Positions 40,101-49,900 of a stretch of DNA of 64,000 nucleotides are shown here, piece after piece; position 1 is the stretch's first letter, and the number at the start of each line of letters is the position of its first letter. The stretch is from a virus, in IMG/VR virus record IMGVR_UViG_3300025117_000038, positions 53,396 through 117,395 of that record. One strand, written 5' to 3'. The translations under genes were made by a program, and so were the position numbers. The notes beneath the pieces were generated by a model. That model was given only the letters and a program-made list of their open reading frames with translations. It did no database searches and was not told the DNA's origin.

Positions 40101-41587
40101 TCGATTTCTACGATACTTATGGTAATAGGGGAGCAAAAAGTGATAAGAGAACAATTAATGCTGGCGATACCACAGCTCCATCGGCTGTTACAGCTACGGC
40201 ATCTGAAACACATATGGATTACGTTGTTTTCAACTGGACTATGCCATCTGAAAAAGATACCTATAAAGCATATTTATTTAAAGACAGAATGAAATCTATT
40301 TCAAGTGCCGATGCTTGTGTCTATGGAAACTACTCTTCACAACAACAATACGTTTGGTATAATATATGGGATTCAAATATTCATAAATTATATGTTTTAC
40401 CAAGTGATGTGTGGGGTAATTATGATACTGCTAATGTTGTTTATATAACCGGGGAAGCCTCTATTGTCCCTAAAAACTTCGCCATGAACGGCGGGGTAGA
40501 AAAACTTACCGGATTTAGTAACTATGCCACTCCAATAGGATGGGAAGAAGTCTATAAAGCAGATAAAAAATATAGTGGTGGAAAATATATGGTTCCGTTT
40601 GGTAAATACGCCATTCATCTTAAGTATAAAGCTCCGTCAGAAACATCCAATATAATTGTGTTTCCTGCTCCATTATACGATTCGGCCACAGTTTATTGTA
40701 TGAGCTTGTGGATTTACGACAAGCCAAGCACGAATCAATATTTTTATTGGCTGGGATATAATTTAGGTGGAGAAGAGTTAGAAAGAGAATTTAAGGTAGC
40801 TCAACCAAACGGGGAGTCATTTACATTATACAACGCTACTGGTGACCCCAGTGTTTGGTATCGTTATACAGCGACAGTCGCAGCTACAGCTTTGGCAAGT
40901 GTGTCATCTTTTAAGGTAATGGGAATAGAATTATCTGGTTCTGGAGCTGGCGATGGTGTTTATGGTGATAATTTACAAGTAGAATATGGACTAACACCAT
41001 CAAAGTATCAAGAAAATTACATAACGACTCAGTACAACGTACCATTAAAAACAATTCTCGGTAATACTATTCAAGAAAACACCGTTACCATGAACGCTAT
41101 GGTAGATAACGCGATTAATATAGGTAACGCAGCCGGAGAGGGTAGCTATGTTTTAGTTGGGAAACAGGCTACTGACAGTGCTTATGTTTATATGAGCCCC
41201 AATAATCTCAAATATCATGTACCAGGTATGCCAACATCTGCTGGATATACTATAACAAAACATATCGAAGGTGGAGTTGCCTATTTTGATACAACCATAG
41301 CATTTAATAAATCATATTTAGGGGCTTTTGGAGAAAAGAAAGCTCCATATTTAATTGTTACAATGGATGATGTCATGGTAACAAGTACATCTATAGCACT
41401 TGATACTGGTTTACCACAAAAATTAAAGATAATAAAAATTGCTACATCCGGGGGATTCTATTGCAATGCATTTTTATATCAATCTTTAACTGATTCACAT
41501 CCTGAGTGGTTCCCCGTTTTAGCCAATTCAACGGCAAGTAATAAGACATTATATGCATACAATCCAAATGCTTCTAATATAGATTAA
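37172..41587 (+). CDS. Tail fibre / host-recognition protein with CBM-like, LamG-like and FN3 domains
   Basis: NLFTNG, ISAWAK...EWKRY, DTTAPSA and NLQVEYG...PSKY patterns. Confidence 0.6.
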   Translation: MIRKDVDKQIYLRERDKIGNVDPTVITTNYNFTVNKQNSNVYTIPIQWTKNYYIFERQSSSGGLPLTYDINDFSNYHGSISNKKIPQYTEGFFDILTNGENAAYTCIIRSGSGLSSTIIIKNNPNNEDNEIIYSVCMYYNNSWYIMGSGNSSKNKPINIQIPENIVATIAIVIYSSTVVLPSNSVNNITIETMFNVTALSWEEGSFATMEQPRWFSNGLYSSANPVTRNVSTMLIWRHPDNKVNFAGTGIYRNSRETVGHQINSSYINSIGVSSAYVSSSYGAGTTVYYNDVEYVPIVSKTLNANLFTNGYMNSKNGWEFYHTGGTGVLNASTANVVPIYSINGGDCICVSHTVTATSRTSYMKSTDKVKIPWYNGELLAGIPYDIDVLLSYKTKTDLSTPIAPIIKIMYLSSNDGTKCTVSSSVGYGSVNNRWGTIRKTLLFYNIDNNGDESTIPQTCRYLQPYIYTAIGSTSCSGKFYFSGLFIGQYNTLSSDNNTINHSTEPLTYVSFNDRLTVPSNSHTFDIFEMDTSVGNFGNTFSASAPAINYTVNKTRTGGLFNGGINVPRYQMIEGGTVHPTSNRFPDGNFYTTSSGVYYYNLSTPYVSYSDTAFCGGYSVKINSQLSSVSQCIYKPFLSYEGSGNDLTGATSLCISAWAKAATPIAAGDNPKLMLGVTLAPVFTAYKTVSSASFGLTSEWKRYKFKANLTATSVVTAYIGEGFIGVPRYSKGTILINGVTVTQGYGYYSNIPSVFSKSSTDNTVPVQVISLDTASSLFGNYGSLSFYWTPQCDSSGYESLIKKITLLERYKNDNSYIKMEWDGATSNPCGYRFIQNDGTEYITDIATSVGIHTNIPVFISLRWTPERYYPTINRYHTSATRLHVASVNSLLIGTDHDRRYMADGTYTNLRIDTCFWDDGYTYIQSIARQYHPDSYNSLSYFSYAQNSHLADVPVSGRFIQPYFDNYNLVNGRLYEYTLDFYDTYGNRGAKSDKRTINAGDTTAPSAVTATASETHMDYVVFNWTMPSEKDTYKAYLFKDRMKSISSADACVYGNYSSQQQYVWYNIWDSNIHKLYVLPSDVWGNYDTANVVYITGEASIVPKNFAMNGGVEKLTGFSNYATPIGWEEVYKADKKYSGGKYMVPFGKYAIHLKYKAPSETSNIIVFPAPLYDSATVYCMSLWIYDKPSTNQYFYWLGYNLGGEELEREFKVAQPNGESFTLYNATGDPSVWYRYTATVAATALASVSSFKVMGIELSGSGAGDGVYGDNLQVEYGLTPSKYQENYITTQYNVPLKTILGNTIQENTVTMNAMVDNAINIGNAAGEGSYVLVGKQATDSAYVYMSPNNLKYHVPGMPTSAGYTITKHIEGGVAYFDTTIAFNKSYLGAFGEKKAPYLIVTMDDVMVTSTSIALDTGLPQKLKIIKIATSGGFYCNAFLYQSLTDSHPEWFPVLANSTASNKTLYAYNPNASNID

Positions 41588-41596
41588 GGAGGGGTA

Positions 41597-42004
41597 ATGA
41601 TACGTTACGGCGCGGCTGTCTTAGATTTTACATCAAGAAATGCCTATGGATATTTGTCATTTGCGATGATATCCAATAAGAATAATGGAACCGCAAAGGT
41701 TTCCTTTTGGGCAACGAGTGGAGCATCAACGTCATATCCGAATGGTGGATGGAATGCGATTCATAGTGCTTACTTTGCACTATCAGAATCTGTTTCTTTC
41801 TATGGAATGCATTTCACAAATACAGATTTTAATGGAGCTAATTCGGTTGCCTTGCATTTACATACACCAAGTGCGAGTTTCGGGTGGGCATCATGTAATC
41901 CCATGACAATCACATATTACGTAGATGAATTTAATACTTTATCGTCGGGGAATCCAATGGGAACATTTTCTTGGATAGCATTAGACGGAGGATTCTCAAC
42001 TTAA
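41597..42004 (+). CDS. Tail fibre-associated small protein
   Basis: Ends in FSWIALDG, typical of fibre C-terminal lectin-like folds. Confidence 0.45.
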   Translation: MIRYGAAVLDFTSRNAYGYLSFAMISNKNNGTAKVSFWATSGASTSYPNGGWNAIHSAYFALSESVSFYGMHFTNTDFNGANSVALHLHTPSASFGWASCNPMTITYYVDEFNTLSSGNPMGTFSWIALDGGFST

Positions 42005-42021
42005 GAAGGAGTGTTCTCAAT

Positions 42022-42507
42022 ATGAGAAAGATTGATAAAATTATCATTCATTGTTCTGCATCTGAGTGGGGCAATGCTAAGGTTATTGACCAATGGCATC
42101 ATGAACGTGGGTTTAATGAAATAGGATATCATTATGTTATTTGCAACGGGTATCCAGAATATAAAGACTATAAATCCAACATAAGAAAAAATAATGACGG
42201 ATTAGTAGAAAAGGGAAGAAATATATCTATCGTAGGAGCTCATGCTGTTGGAGACAATAAGACAAGTGTGGGGATTTGCTTAATAGGAGATAAGGATTTT
42301 ACGGAAAAACAAATTAATGCATTGTTAAATCTTTTATATGACCTAGTAAAAAAATACCCCATAGGAATGAACATATGGGGTCATTATGAGGTTAACTCAG
42401 GCGTTAAACAAGGTAAGACATGTCCCAATATGAATATGGACACTTTACGTATGCAATTTATGAATTATGCTATACTTAGACTTTATAGGGAAAGCCAAGA
42501 AGATTGA
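42022..42507 (+). CDS. N-acetylmuramoyl-L-alanine amidase (T7 lysozyme/Amidase_2-type endolysin)
   Basis: IIIHCSA, IGYHYVI, GAHAVG.N..SVGICLIG, GHYE...KTCP Zn ligands. Confidence 0.92.
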   Translation: MRKIDKIIIHCSASEWGNAKVIDQWHHERGFNEIGYHYVICNGYPEYKDYKSNIRKNNDGLVEKGRNISIVGAHAVGDNKTSVGICLIGDKDFTEKQINALLNLLYDLVKKYPIGMNIWGHYEVNSGVKQGKTCPNMNMDTLRMQFMNYAILRLYRESQED

Positions 42508-43546
42508 AGGCTTCTTCTCTATTAATAATATTTCCTTTCATGGATTCCATTTTTCTACATAATTCTATTGCATCTCCAGCCATTCCACACCCAACACCAA
42601 AACAATAAAAATCATTTTTATCGGTAAAGATATGAAGAGATGGGCTGTCGTCAAGATGGAATGGGCAAACGCACTTAAATCCTCTTCTCGTTGGTTTTAG
42701 TTCTGAAAAATATCTTTTAGCGACTATTTCAATTGGGACAGTGCCATAAGAATTTTCTTTATTATTCATACTATAAGTGCTTCTTTTTTTGTTATATTCA
42801 GAAGATGAATACAGTTCTGCCGAATCCATTAAATCTATAAAATCTTGTTTTTTATAAACTTTAAAAAATAGATTAGCATCCATTTTACCATAGTTGGTAG
42901 GGAACTTAATTATATATGGGTCGTATCCATAATCGAAAAATTTACCACCAAGACGATATGCTCCCATTAAACCCGGACTATATATTCCTTTTTTGGGAAC
43001 ATCGTAATCATAGGCAATAAAAACCATCTTACCTTGAAAGTTTGTCAGGTAATTGTCAATGTGTCCATTAACACCATAGGTAGCTATAGCATTAATTCCG
43101 TTTTGGTGTAACGTGATAGCATCGAGGGGTGATTCTACAATTACTATTGTTTTTCCACCAACGAGAGATTGTAAATTAAACAATGTATTGTTGGTTCCCT
43201 GTTGATGTAAGTGAGTTATTGGATTGTCAAAAATTGTTCTCGATGTCATAAAAGAAGTGTCATCTTTAAAAATAGACGGAATTGTAACCCTCTTATTGAA
43301 TAAATCGGAAATCTTTTTTTTGCCGACATTCATGTAGGCACATTCTTTTATTATGTTTACTGGATATCTCAATAGTAAATATTCTCTGCCTATATTATAA
43401 TTACAGTACCCAAGTTTGAAATATTTAATACTATCGTCGTTGATACCGCGAATATCTGTAAAATATTTATAAGCCTTTTGATTTTGTTTTTTATACAAAT
43501 AATCATGATATACTTGTGTGAGTTCATTGAGAATTTTTTGTGACAT
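42476..43546 (-). CDS. dnaG: DnaG-type DNA primase with the CHC2 zinc finger at the C-terminus
   Basis: RGI....IKYFKLGY, FNKRVTIP, TOPRIM IVESPLDAITL and AYDYD. CPFHLDDSPS...FYCFGVGC lies at the C-terminus. Confidence 0.85.
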   Translation of the reverse strand: MSQKILNELTQVYHDYLYKKQNQKAYKYFTDIRGINDDSIKYFKLGYCNYNIGREYLLLRYPVNIIKECAYMNVGKKKISDLFNKRVTIPSIFKDDTSFMTSRTIFDNPITHLHQQGTNNTLFNLQSLVGGKTIVIVESPLDAITLHQNGINAIATYGVNGHIDNYLTNFQGKMVFIAYDYDVPKKGIYSPGLMGAYRLGGKFFDYGYDPYIIKFPTNYGKMDANLFFKVYKKQDFIDLMDSAELYSSSEYNKKRSTYSMNNKENSYGTVPIEIVAKRYFSELKPTRRGFKCVCPFHLDDSPSLHIFTDKNDFYCFGVGCGMAGDAIELCRKMESMKGNIINREEAFNLLGFPYKV

Positions 43547-44023
43547 TTATTCCTCATACGCTAATGCTATAGAAATAGCATCAGTTACATTACCAACCCT
43601 ATTTTTATAAACAGCAACAAGGCTGTCATAATCAATACCAGTAATTTTAACAACCATTTCGGCAACCTCTATTTTACTTGCTTTTCCGTTTCCTGCCACT
43701 CTTTTTTTAATCGTAGAGTTATGGATAATTAAATATTTTATATCTCTATTGGTACAAATATTTGAAATTAATCTCGGAAGAACATTAAGCAAAGCTAAAT
43801 TACTATTATTCCCGGTTGAGAACATTTTTTCTACAACAATAACATCAACTCCGAATTCATCGCAAATGTCGTCTATTAATTCTATAATTTCCTCTAAAAA
43901 TTCCATAATTGGTTTTTTATTATTTAATTTCCAACATCCCGCTTTATGAACCTTTTTTGTTTTTTTGTCTACAATTGCATATCCCATATCGATTGTACCA
44001 GGGTCGATTCCTAAAATTATCAT
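43547..44023 (-). CDS. ruvC: Holliday junction resolvase RuvC
   Basis: ILGIDPG, IVVEK, IKKRVAGNGKASKIEV, DAISIA. Confidence 0.9.
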   Translation of the reverse strand: MIILGIDPGTIDMGYAIVDKKTKKVHKAGCWKLNNKKPIMEFLEEIIELIDDICDEFGVDVIVVEKMFSTGNNSNLALLNVLPRLISNICTNRDIKYLIIHNSTIKKRVAGNGKASKIEVAEMVVKITGIDYDSLVAVYKNRVGNVTDAISIALAYEE

Positions 44024-44330
44024 AAACGCTCCTTATATACTCTTTATCACAAATAAAACATAAGAAATTATCGCAAGTTTCTATTGGGTCGTTAAATTTA
44101 TAATGATGTTCACACCACCATTTATCTCTTCGATTAAATACGCAAAAATCACATATATCGTTTTCTTCTTTTGTTTTATAGTTTCCTATGTTATTTTTTA
44201 AAAAATAAACAAAAGAAAATCGAGATATTAAAAATAAATATGGCCATTGTATTCTTGATTTTACCCAAGAAAGTCTCCATAAAATTTCCCATTTAATTTT
44301 ACCAAAAAATGTTTCTGGAAATGGATTCAT
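43944..44330 (-). CDS. Hypothetical Cys-rich protein
   Basis: ORF in the operon; CDFC...C...C. Confidence 0.4.
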   Translation of the reverse strand: MNPFPETFFGKIKWEILWRLSWVKSRIQWPYLFLISRFSFVYFLKNNIGNYKTKEENDICDFCVFNRRDKWWCEHHYKFNDPIETCDNFLCFICDKEYIRSVYDNFRNRPWYNRYGICNCRQKNKKGS

Positions 44331-44530
44331 TATATTTCCTCGGCTTTCTTACCACAAACAGAACAATATTTATATATATCATTGTGCCATGGTGTATATT
44401 GACCCTTCCAATCTGTTGGTTTGAATTTTTCCTTTAATTCATAGTATACATATCCACCAATCTTCCATTTTTTCCAACATAAGCAAGATGGTTTTGTTTT
44501 TACTGTCTTTTTTGATGTTAGAATACTCAT
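44330..44530 (-). CDS. Small hypothetical protein (YKYCSVCGK)
   Basis: Coupled ORF with a C-terminal Zn knuckle. Confidence 0.5.
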   Translation of the reverse strand: MSILTSKKTVKTKPSCLCWKKWKIGGYVYYELKEKFKPTDWKGQYTPWHNDIYKYCSVCGKKAEEI

Positions 44531-44715
44531 CCTGCCCCCGGTCCTATGAACTCTTCATTATCTTCATAATATTTAGCCACATCGTGACATCCAGAGGGAT
44601 GTAATGCTTTATCTTGTCTTAATACTAAATCAAGTAGGTCTTTTATTTCCTGAGGTATACCACAGGTAAACATATCTCTTACTGCTTGAACTATTCTCCT
44701 ATCTGTTGTATTCAT
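44527..44715 (-). CDS. Small hypothetical protein
   Basis: Coupled ORF with GGAG RBS. Confidence 0.45.
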   Translation of the reverse strand: MNTTDRRIVQAVRDMFTCGIPQEIKDLLDLVLRQDKALHPSGCHDVAKYYEDNEEFIGPGAG

Positions 44716-45365
44716 TTATTCTCCATAAAACTGTCTTTCATCATATCGTAAAAAGACCGCCTTGAAGCGATATAATCGGCTAAATGAGCCATCATAACCA
44801 ATCTTTTTTCAACTGAATTCAATTTGTCTTTAGGATATCTTTCAAAAGATTCTGGAATTGTCCATCTTCCTTCATGGTACAAACAAGCAATACCAAGTAA
44901 ATGGAGTCTTTCTTTTATCTCATCGAACATTGAATATTCACTTTCTTGGATAAGACTTCTGTTAGAGTCAGAAAAGGTGTCTTCGGAATATTTTTTAATG
45001 ATATCATAAATATATATAGGATGCTCTTTAACTGTATGACCCCCTGCTTTTTCAGACCCTTGTTTAAGGGCGTCGTGTAAGATAGCAGTAGCAATCAAAA
45101 TGTCTTTATATTTATAATACCACGCACTCTCGTCATAATACATCCTGACCATTTCATCGGCGGCAATAGCGAATCTTTTTATATGACGAATCATCCCATC
45201 TTCTTTAATTTCATCAAGAGGGTGGTACTTACCAGAAGATGAAGAAGGAATAGTTAAAACATAATCTGGAAGTGTGTTAATTATTTTAATAACCTCTCCC
45301 CTGAATGGTGCATAACGAATTTGCTCCAATTCTTTTTTAAAAACATCAAGCATTTTCTGTCCCAT
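44712..45365 (-). CDS. HD-domain phosphohydrolase
   Basis: PSSSSGKYHP...GMIRH, ILHDALK, HEGRW, HLADYIAS. Confidence 0.85.
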   Translation of the reverse strand: MGQKMLDVFKKELEQIRYAPFRGEVIKIINTLPDYVLTIPSSSSGKYHPLDEIKEDGMIRHIKRFAIAADEMVRMYYDESAWYYKYKDILIATAILHDALKQGSEKAGGHTVKEHPIYIYDIIKKYSEDTFSDSNRSLIQESEYSMFDEIKERLHLLGIACLYHEGRWTIPESFERYPKDKLNSVEKRLVMMAHLADYIASRRSFYDMMKDSFMENK

Positions 45366-46221
45366 TGACCTCTCCTTTCATAAAATTATATTCATAACAA
45401 CTATCTTTATAGTCACAATACCCACAATGAATTCCATAATTAGGTAAAAATATTTTATTGGTTATTCCTTTTTCGATATCATCAAATAGTGAGTTTATCT
45501 TATAAACATCTTCCTCGATTATTCTCCTTTTTATTAGTTTAATTTCCCCAGTCTCAGTTTTGGTATCTTTAAGTAAAAAATCGAACCCTACGGTATGTTC
45601 TGGGATGTCATAGTCTATCACATCTCCGTTGGCAAGCATCTGAGAAAAAGCCATTGAATAAATTGCTAATTGCATATTGGTTTTTATCTGAAAGGAGTCA
45701 TATTCTTTGTCAGTAGTCTTATGGTCTATAATTAATGCCCCATTCTCATCGGTAGTAATCAAATCTATAATTCCCTTGATGGGGATTTTATCTGCACCCC
45801 TGTCAAGATAAAATGGAACCTCGACAGCAGGGACTACATGGTAACTTAAATCATCTTCAAATATACCTACCATCAAAGGGGGGTTAGAGTCTTTATGTAT
45901 ATCATAATACTTATTCAAAATATCAAGGCCTATATTAAAATACCTATCAGGGTCTTTTTTTGTTTTCCATTTAAGGGTCGCATCATGTTCTGTCATTAAA
46001 TTATACCAATGGACTTCAAACTCATTAAATAGTTCGTCCTTAGTACATAAAGTCCATATTTGACTTTTGTGAAAATATTCCAAAGCTCTATGGACGGCAT
46101 TGCCAAAAATTAATTTGGTCGAAAAAACTGGTGACTTAATTTTATTTATATAGTGCAATTTGTATTTCAAACCACAATGAGCATAAGTGGCAAACTGACT
46201 ATGTGAAAAATATTCAATCAT
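45346..46221 (-). CDS. PD-(D/E)XK (RecB/AddB/Cas4-like) exonuclease
   Basis: SHSQ...CGLKY, FGNAVH, KGIIDL...IIDHKT, QLAIY and C-terminal CGYCDY..C. Confidence 0.88.
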   Translation of the reverse strand: MIEYFSHSQFATYAHCGLKYKLHYINKIKSPVFSTKLIFGNAVHRALEYFHKSQIWTLCTKDELFNEFEVHWYNLMTEHDATLKWKTKKDPDRYFNIGLDILNKYYDIHKDSNPPLMVGIFEDDLSYHVVPAVEVPFYLDRGADKIPIKGIIDLITTDENGALIIDHKTTDKEYDSFQIKTNMQLAIYSMAFSQMLANGDVIDYDIPEHTVGFDFLLKDTKTETGEIKLIKRRIIEEDVYKINSLFDDIEKGITNKIFLPNYGIHCGYCDYKDSCYEYNFMKGEVNGTENA

Positions 46222-46232
46222 TTTACCTCCAT

Positions 46233-46358
46233 TTATTTTCTTCTAACTGGTATAACATATGAATAAAACCATTTACCACAGTCATTGCAATAATAACAAA
46301 TACCAAAGGAAGAACCCCTTATATATATGACATTATCTTTTTTGCATTTTGGACACAT
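46233..46358 (-). CDS. 41-aa zinc-ribbon protein (below ORF-track cutoff)
   Basis: MCPKCKKDNV...YYCNDCGKWF, with GGAG upstream; fills the gap in the operon. Confidence 0.55.
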   Translation of the reverse strand: MCPKCKKDNVIYIRGSSFGICYYCNDCGKWFYSYVIPVRRK

Positions 46359-46361
46359 CTT

Positions 46362-46937
46362 TTACTCCGAAACTCCACCACCAATGTGATATTTTTTGTT
46401 ATATTCATAAAGAGTTTTATAAAATTCATTCATATAAACTATTCTTGCTTTTTCAGGGTCATAATTATATATCTTAAAATCTTTATATTCTTTATCAACA
46501 GTGCCATAAAAAAATGAACTCATTCTCATCCTATCAGTTTCAATATGTCTTGCCACTATATCATATTCCTTGACAATTCGCGGTATTTCTCTTTCTTCAA
46601 GAAAATATTTTTTTGCTATTGTGGCCATAATTTTATTTTCAGCAACAACAAATTCTTTAACAAGCTGTTTAATCGGCGCAGCAATATCACCCATATATGC
46701 CTCTGGAGCATCATGCAATAATGCCCACATTTTCAAATCAATATCAGGATGATATGTACTAACTAATTGATATACCAATAAAGAGTGTTCAGCGACCGAG
46801 TAAAATTTTGGGCATTGCCCGACATATCTGCATAAATGAGATAACCCTCTGGCTATATCTTCGATATCGATATCATCAACTTTAGGATGATGAATATCTA
46901 TAATTTTTTCACTTACCGTCATTAATTTTGAAGTCAT
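46362..46937 (-). CDS. HD-superfamily 5'-deoxynucleotidase (YfbR/YfdR-like)
   Basis: IEDIARGLSHLCRY.G...YSVAEHS, LLHDAPEAYMGDI..P.K. Confidence 0.85.
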   Translation of the reverse strand: MTSKLMTVSEKIIDIHHPKVDDIDIEDIARGLSHLCRYVGQCPKFYSVAEHSLLVYQLVSTYHPDIDLKMWALLHDAPEAYMGDIAAPIKQLVKEFVVAENKIMATIAKKYFLEEREIPRIVKEYDIVARHIETDRMRMSSFFYGTVDKEYKDFKIYNYDPEKARIVYMNEFYKTLYEYNKKYHIGGGVSE

Positions 46938-46945
46938 AACCTCTC

Positions 46946-49900
46946 CTAAACAATACCAATGTTTCTTGCAAAAATTAATCCGCTTTCTTTATAAATCCCA
47001 TCAACCCATATTACTTTATATGTATCTATGATAAAACGACTTGTTTCAAGCTCCTGGGAAAATACAAGAATTCTCCACGTTCTTTCTGGAGCATATAGTT
47101 TAATATCGACATATGGTTTATCGTTTTTCGTAGTTTTATATTCAATTGACTGAATATACCCTGCCACCTTAATAGGGTAATTAAAAGGAATCTCTTCAGG
47201 TAATTTTATTTTATCTTTTATCCATTCTCTGTACTTTACCAGTGGGTCGGTTGAGATATAACTATTAATAACAGAGTATTCCATTTCTGCTAAAGTTCTA
47301 TCATCATATTCTAAACATTCTTTTATGGGAATTTTAACATTGTAACTGAACAATGGACTTATTTTTTTTGATTCATGTTTTTTAATAGTATTAAGTGAGT
47401 TCACTATTGTTTGAGAATTTGAAATAATGGTAGCTCTATTGTATTCAAAATCGTCGAGAGCTCCTGCCTTTGCTAATACTTCTATATAATTTTTATTCAA
47501 TCTTGTTTTCTCACAGAAATCAGAAAAGTTTACGTAACTTTGGTTTTTGAGAAGTGATTCAATTGCTTCTTTCCCAAGTCCTTTAATGCCCAATAACCCA
47601 TAAACAATTTTATTTTCGTAAATAGAAAACATTGGTTTACTTTTTGTAACAGAGGGAGAGAGAATTTCAATTCCCATATTACGACATTCTTCCAGATATA
47701 TATTTAATTTATCGACATCAGTTAAACAAGTGTTCAACAAAGAACACATATATTCAATAGGATAGTTGGCCTTCATGAAGGCCGTGTAATAAGAAATATG
47801 GGCATAACCAACGGCGTGACTATTGCATGTAGCGATTCCATTAACAAAAAGATTATGAGGTTCGTTTTCCATTTCAATATCATAAACATCCTTCGTTCCA
47901 ATGTGTTTTATGGAAACTATAGAAGATACTTCTGACGAGAGTCCCTTACTCCATTTTTTCTTTCGACCCAATTTATAGTGCTCTTTTTTATGACAAGATG
48001 GACAAAGTTTTGAAATATTCTCAAAATTATTGTTATTCCTATCACCATCGTTGTGATGATGTTCTAAACGATTGTGCTCATTACCACATAATTGACAAAC
48101 ATTAACATGTTCAATTCGATTTTTTGTTTCACAAAATTTAGTGTATTCACCGTCAATATACCCCGGATTATCTTCTCCATCAGGGAACCCACTTTTGGTA
48201 TTTGAGTAGGTTTTTCCCTTACATATTTGTTTTTGATTTGAGAAACTGTATATACTGTTTGTTTTTTGATATTCCCCTATACAATATAATTTATCCCCGA
48301 CCTGTAATTCTTCAACTGTTTTAAATCCATTATCAACTATTGGAAATTTATGATTGATTGTTGTGGTAATTGATTTTCCATTTTCTAATATTATTAAATA
48401 GACATCTTTCTTCCCTTGATAATAAATATCTTTAATCTTATCAATAAAAATTTTTCCATCGATAATGTTTTTAGCATATCCATATCCCAATCTTTTATAC
48501 CGACAACTCATGGAATATTTTTTACCATTGTGTGGTATTTTATTGTTTTTCAAATAATACATTTCACCAATGGTATATTTTGGATTATGTTTTTCGTTAT
48601 TAATATAACAATCTCCATCTATACATTTATTGAACATATATCCAGATGATTCATATATATGATTCCATAGTTCACCTATTTGCACTACCGTAAGATTGGT
48701 ATTACTCTGTGCTTTATCAAAAAACTCTGGTTTTACTTTTTCAAGTAACTCCGGTTTTTTCTTGCCCATAATTTTCCTAACGGTGTCAGCTTCCTGAGAT
48801 GTAAAACCAATTTTAATGCATGTTTTAATAATTTGCTCCTGATAAATCATAAGCATTTGAGTATCTTTTAGAACATCCTCTAAAATACTGAAATCACAAA
48901 CAGCATTTTCTTCATCATTTTTGCGTTTGATGTATTTTGTATGTAGGTCGAGATTAATACATCCCGGCCTATTGAGAGTGATAGCAACAGCTATATCTTC
49001 CATTTTCTCTGGACGGAGACTGTTGGCTATTTTAACACCCATCCCACCACTTAATTGGAAAATACCGACATTATTAGTTGTTGATAATAATTCATATGCC
49101 TTTTTTGATTCAATAGAACCATCATCTACGGGGATATCATCAATTGATTTATACAAAACATCATATTGGAAAACATACTTAAGTGCATCTAAAATATCTA
49201 TCTTAAGAAAATCGTATTTAATAAACCCATTCGCCTCAATGTCCTCCATATCCCAACAGGTCACTAAAAGGTTAGATGTCTTTTCTTTTCTTAGTGGAAC
49301 CATTTCATTTAAATCAAACGGAGATATAACTATTCCTGCGGCGTGAATTCCTTTGTGAGAGATTTTACCCTCTATTTTAATAGCATAGTCGTAAAGCTCC
49401 TTGAACATTAAACTGCCACTATATAGAGTCCTTTCATTTATATATTTGTCTTTAAGCGAAGGGTTTAATTCCAATGCTTCAGTAAGATTCTTGGATTTTT
49501 TGTCAATCAAGTCAACCATACTATTGGCTTCCTGATAAGGGACTTGCATGACCCTGCAAATGGCCTTAAAAGCCCCTCTGGGAGCATAGGTAGTCATAGT
49601 CCCGATATGGGCTACCTTGTTATACCCATATTTATTTTCGATATATTTTAACATAGGAACGATATCACTTGAGCCAAAATCTATATCAATATCAGGCAAA
49701 GACCCTTTTCTCCCTTGATTATAGAACCTACTGAATAAAAGATTATATCTAATGGGGTCGACAGTATGAATACCAAGTAGGTATCCAACCAAACAACCTC
49801 CTACGGAGCCACGCCCTGCCCCGACTGAAATACCATGAGTTTTAGCATAATTTATAAAATCATGGACTATCAAAAAGTATTCGACCAATCCGGCTTCTTT

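Noticed and set aside
45346-46221. Cas4 as part of a CRISPR system
   Set aside because: No array or other cas genes; a standalone PD-(D/E)XK nuclease in a recombination context is ordinary for phages.
46362-46937. DatZ of a 2-aminoadenine (Z-genome) pathway
   Set aside because: Generic YfbR-like HD motifs only; no purZ or mazZ in the window.
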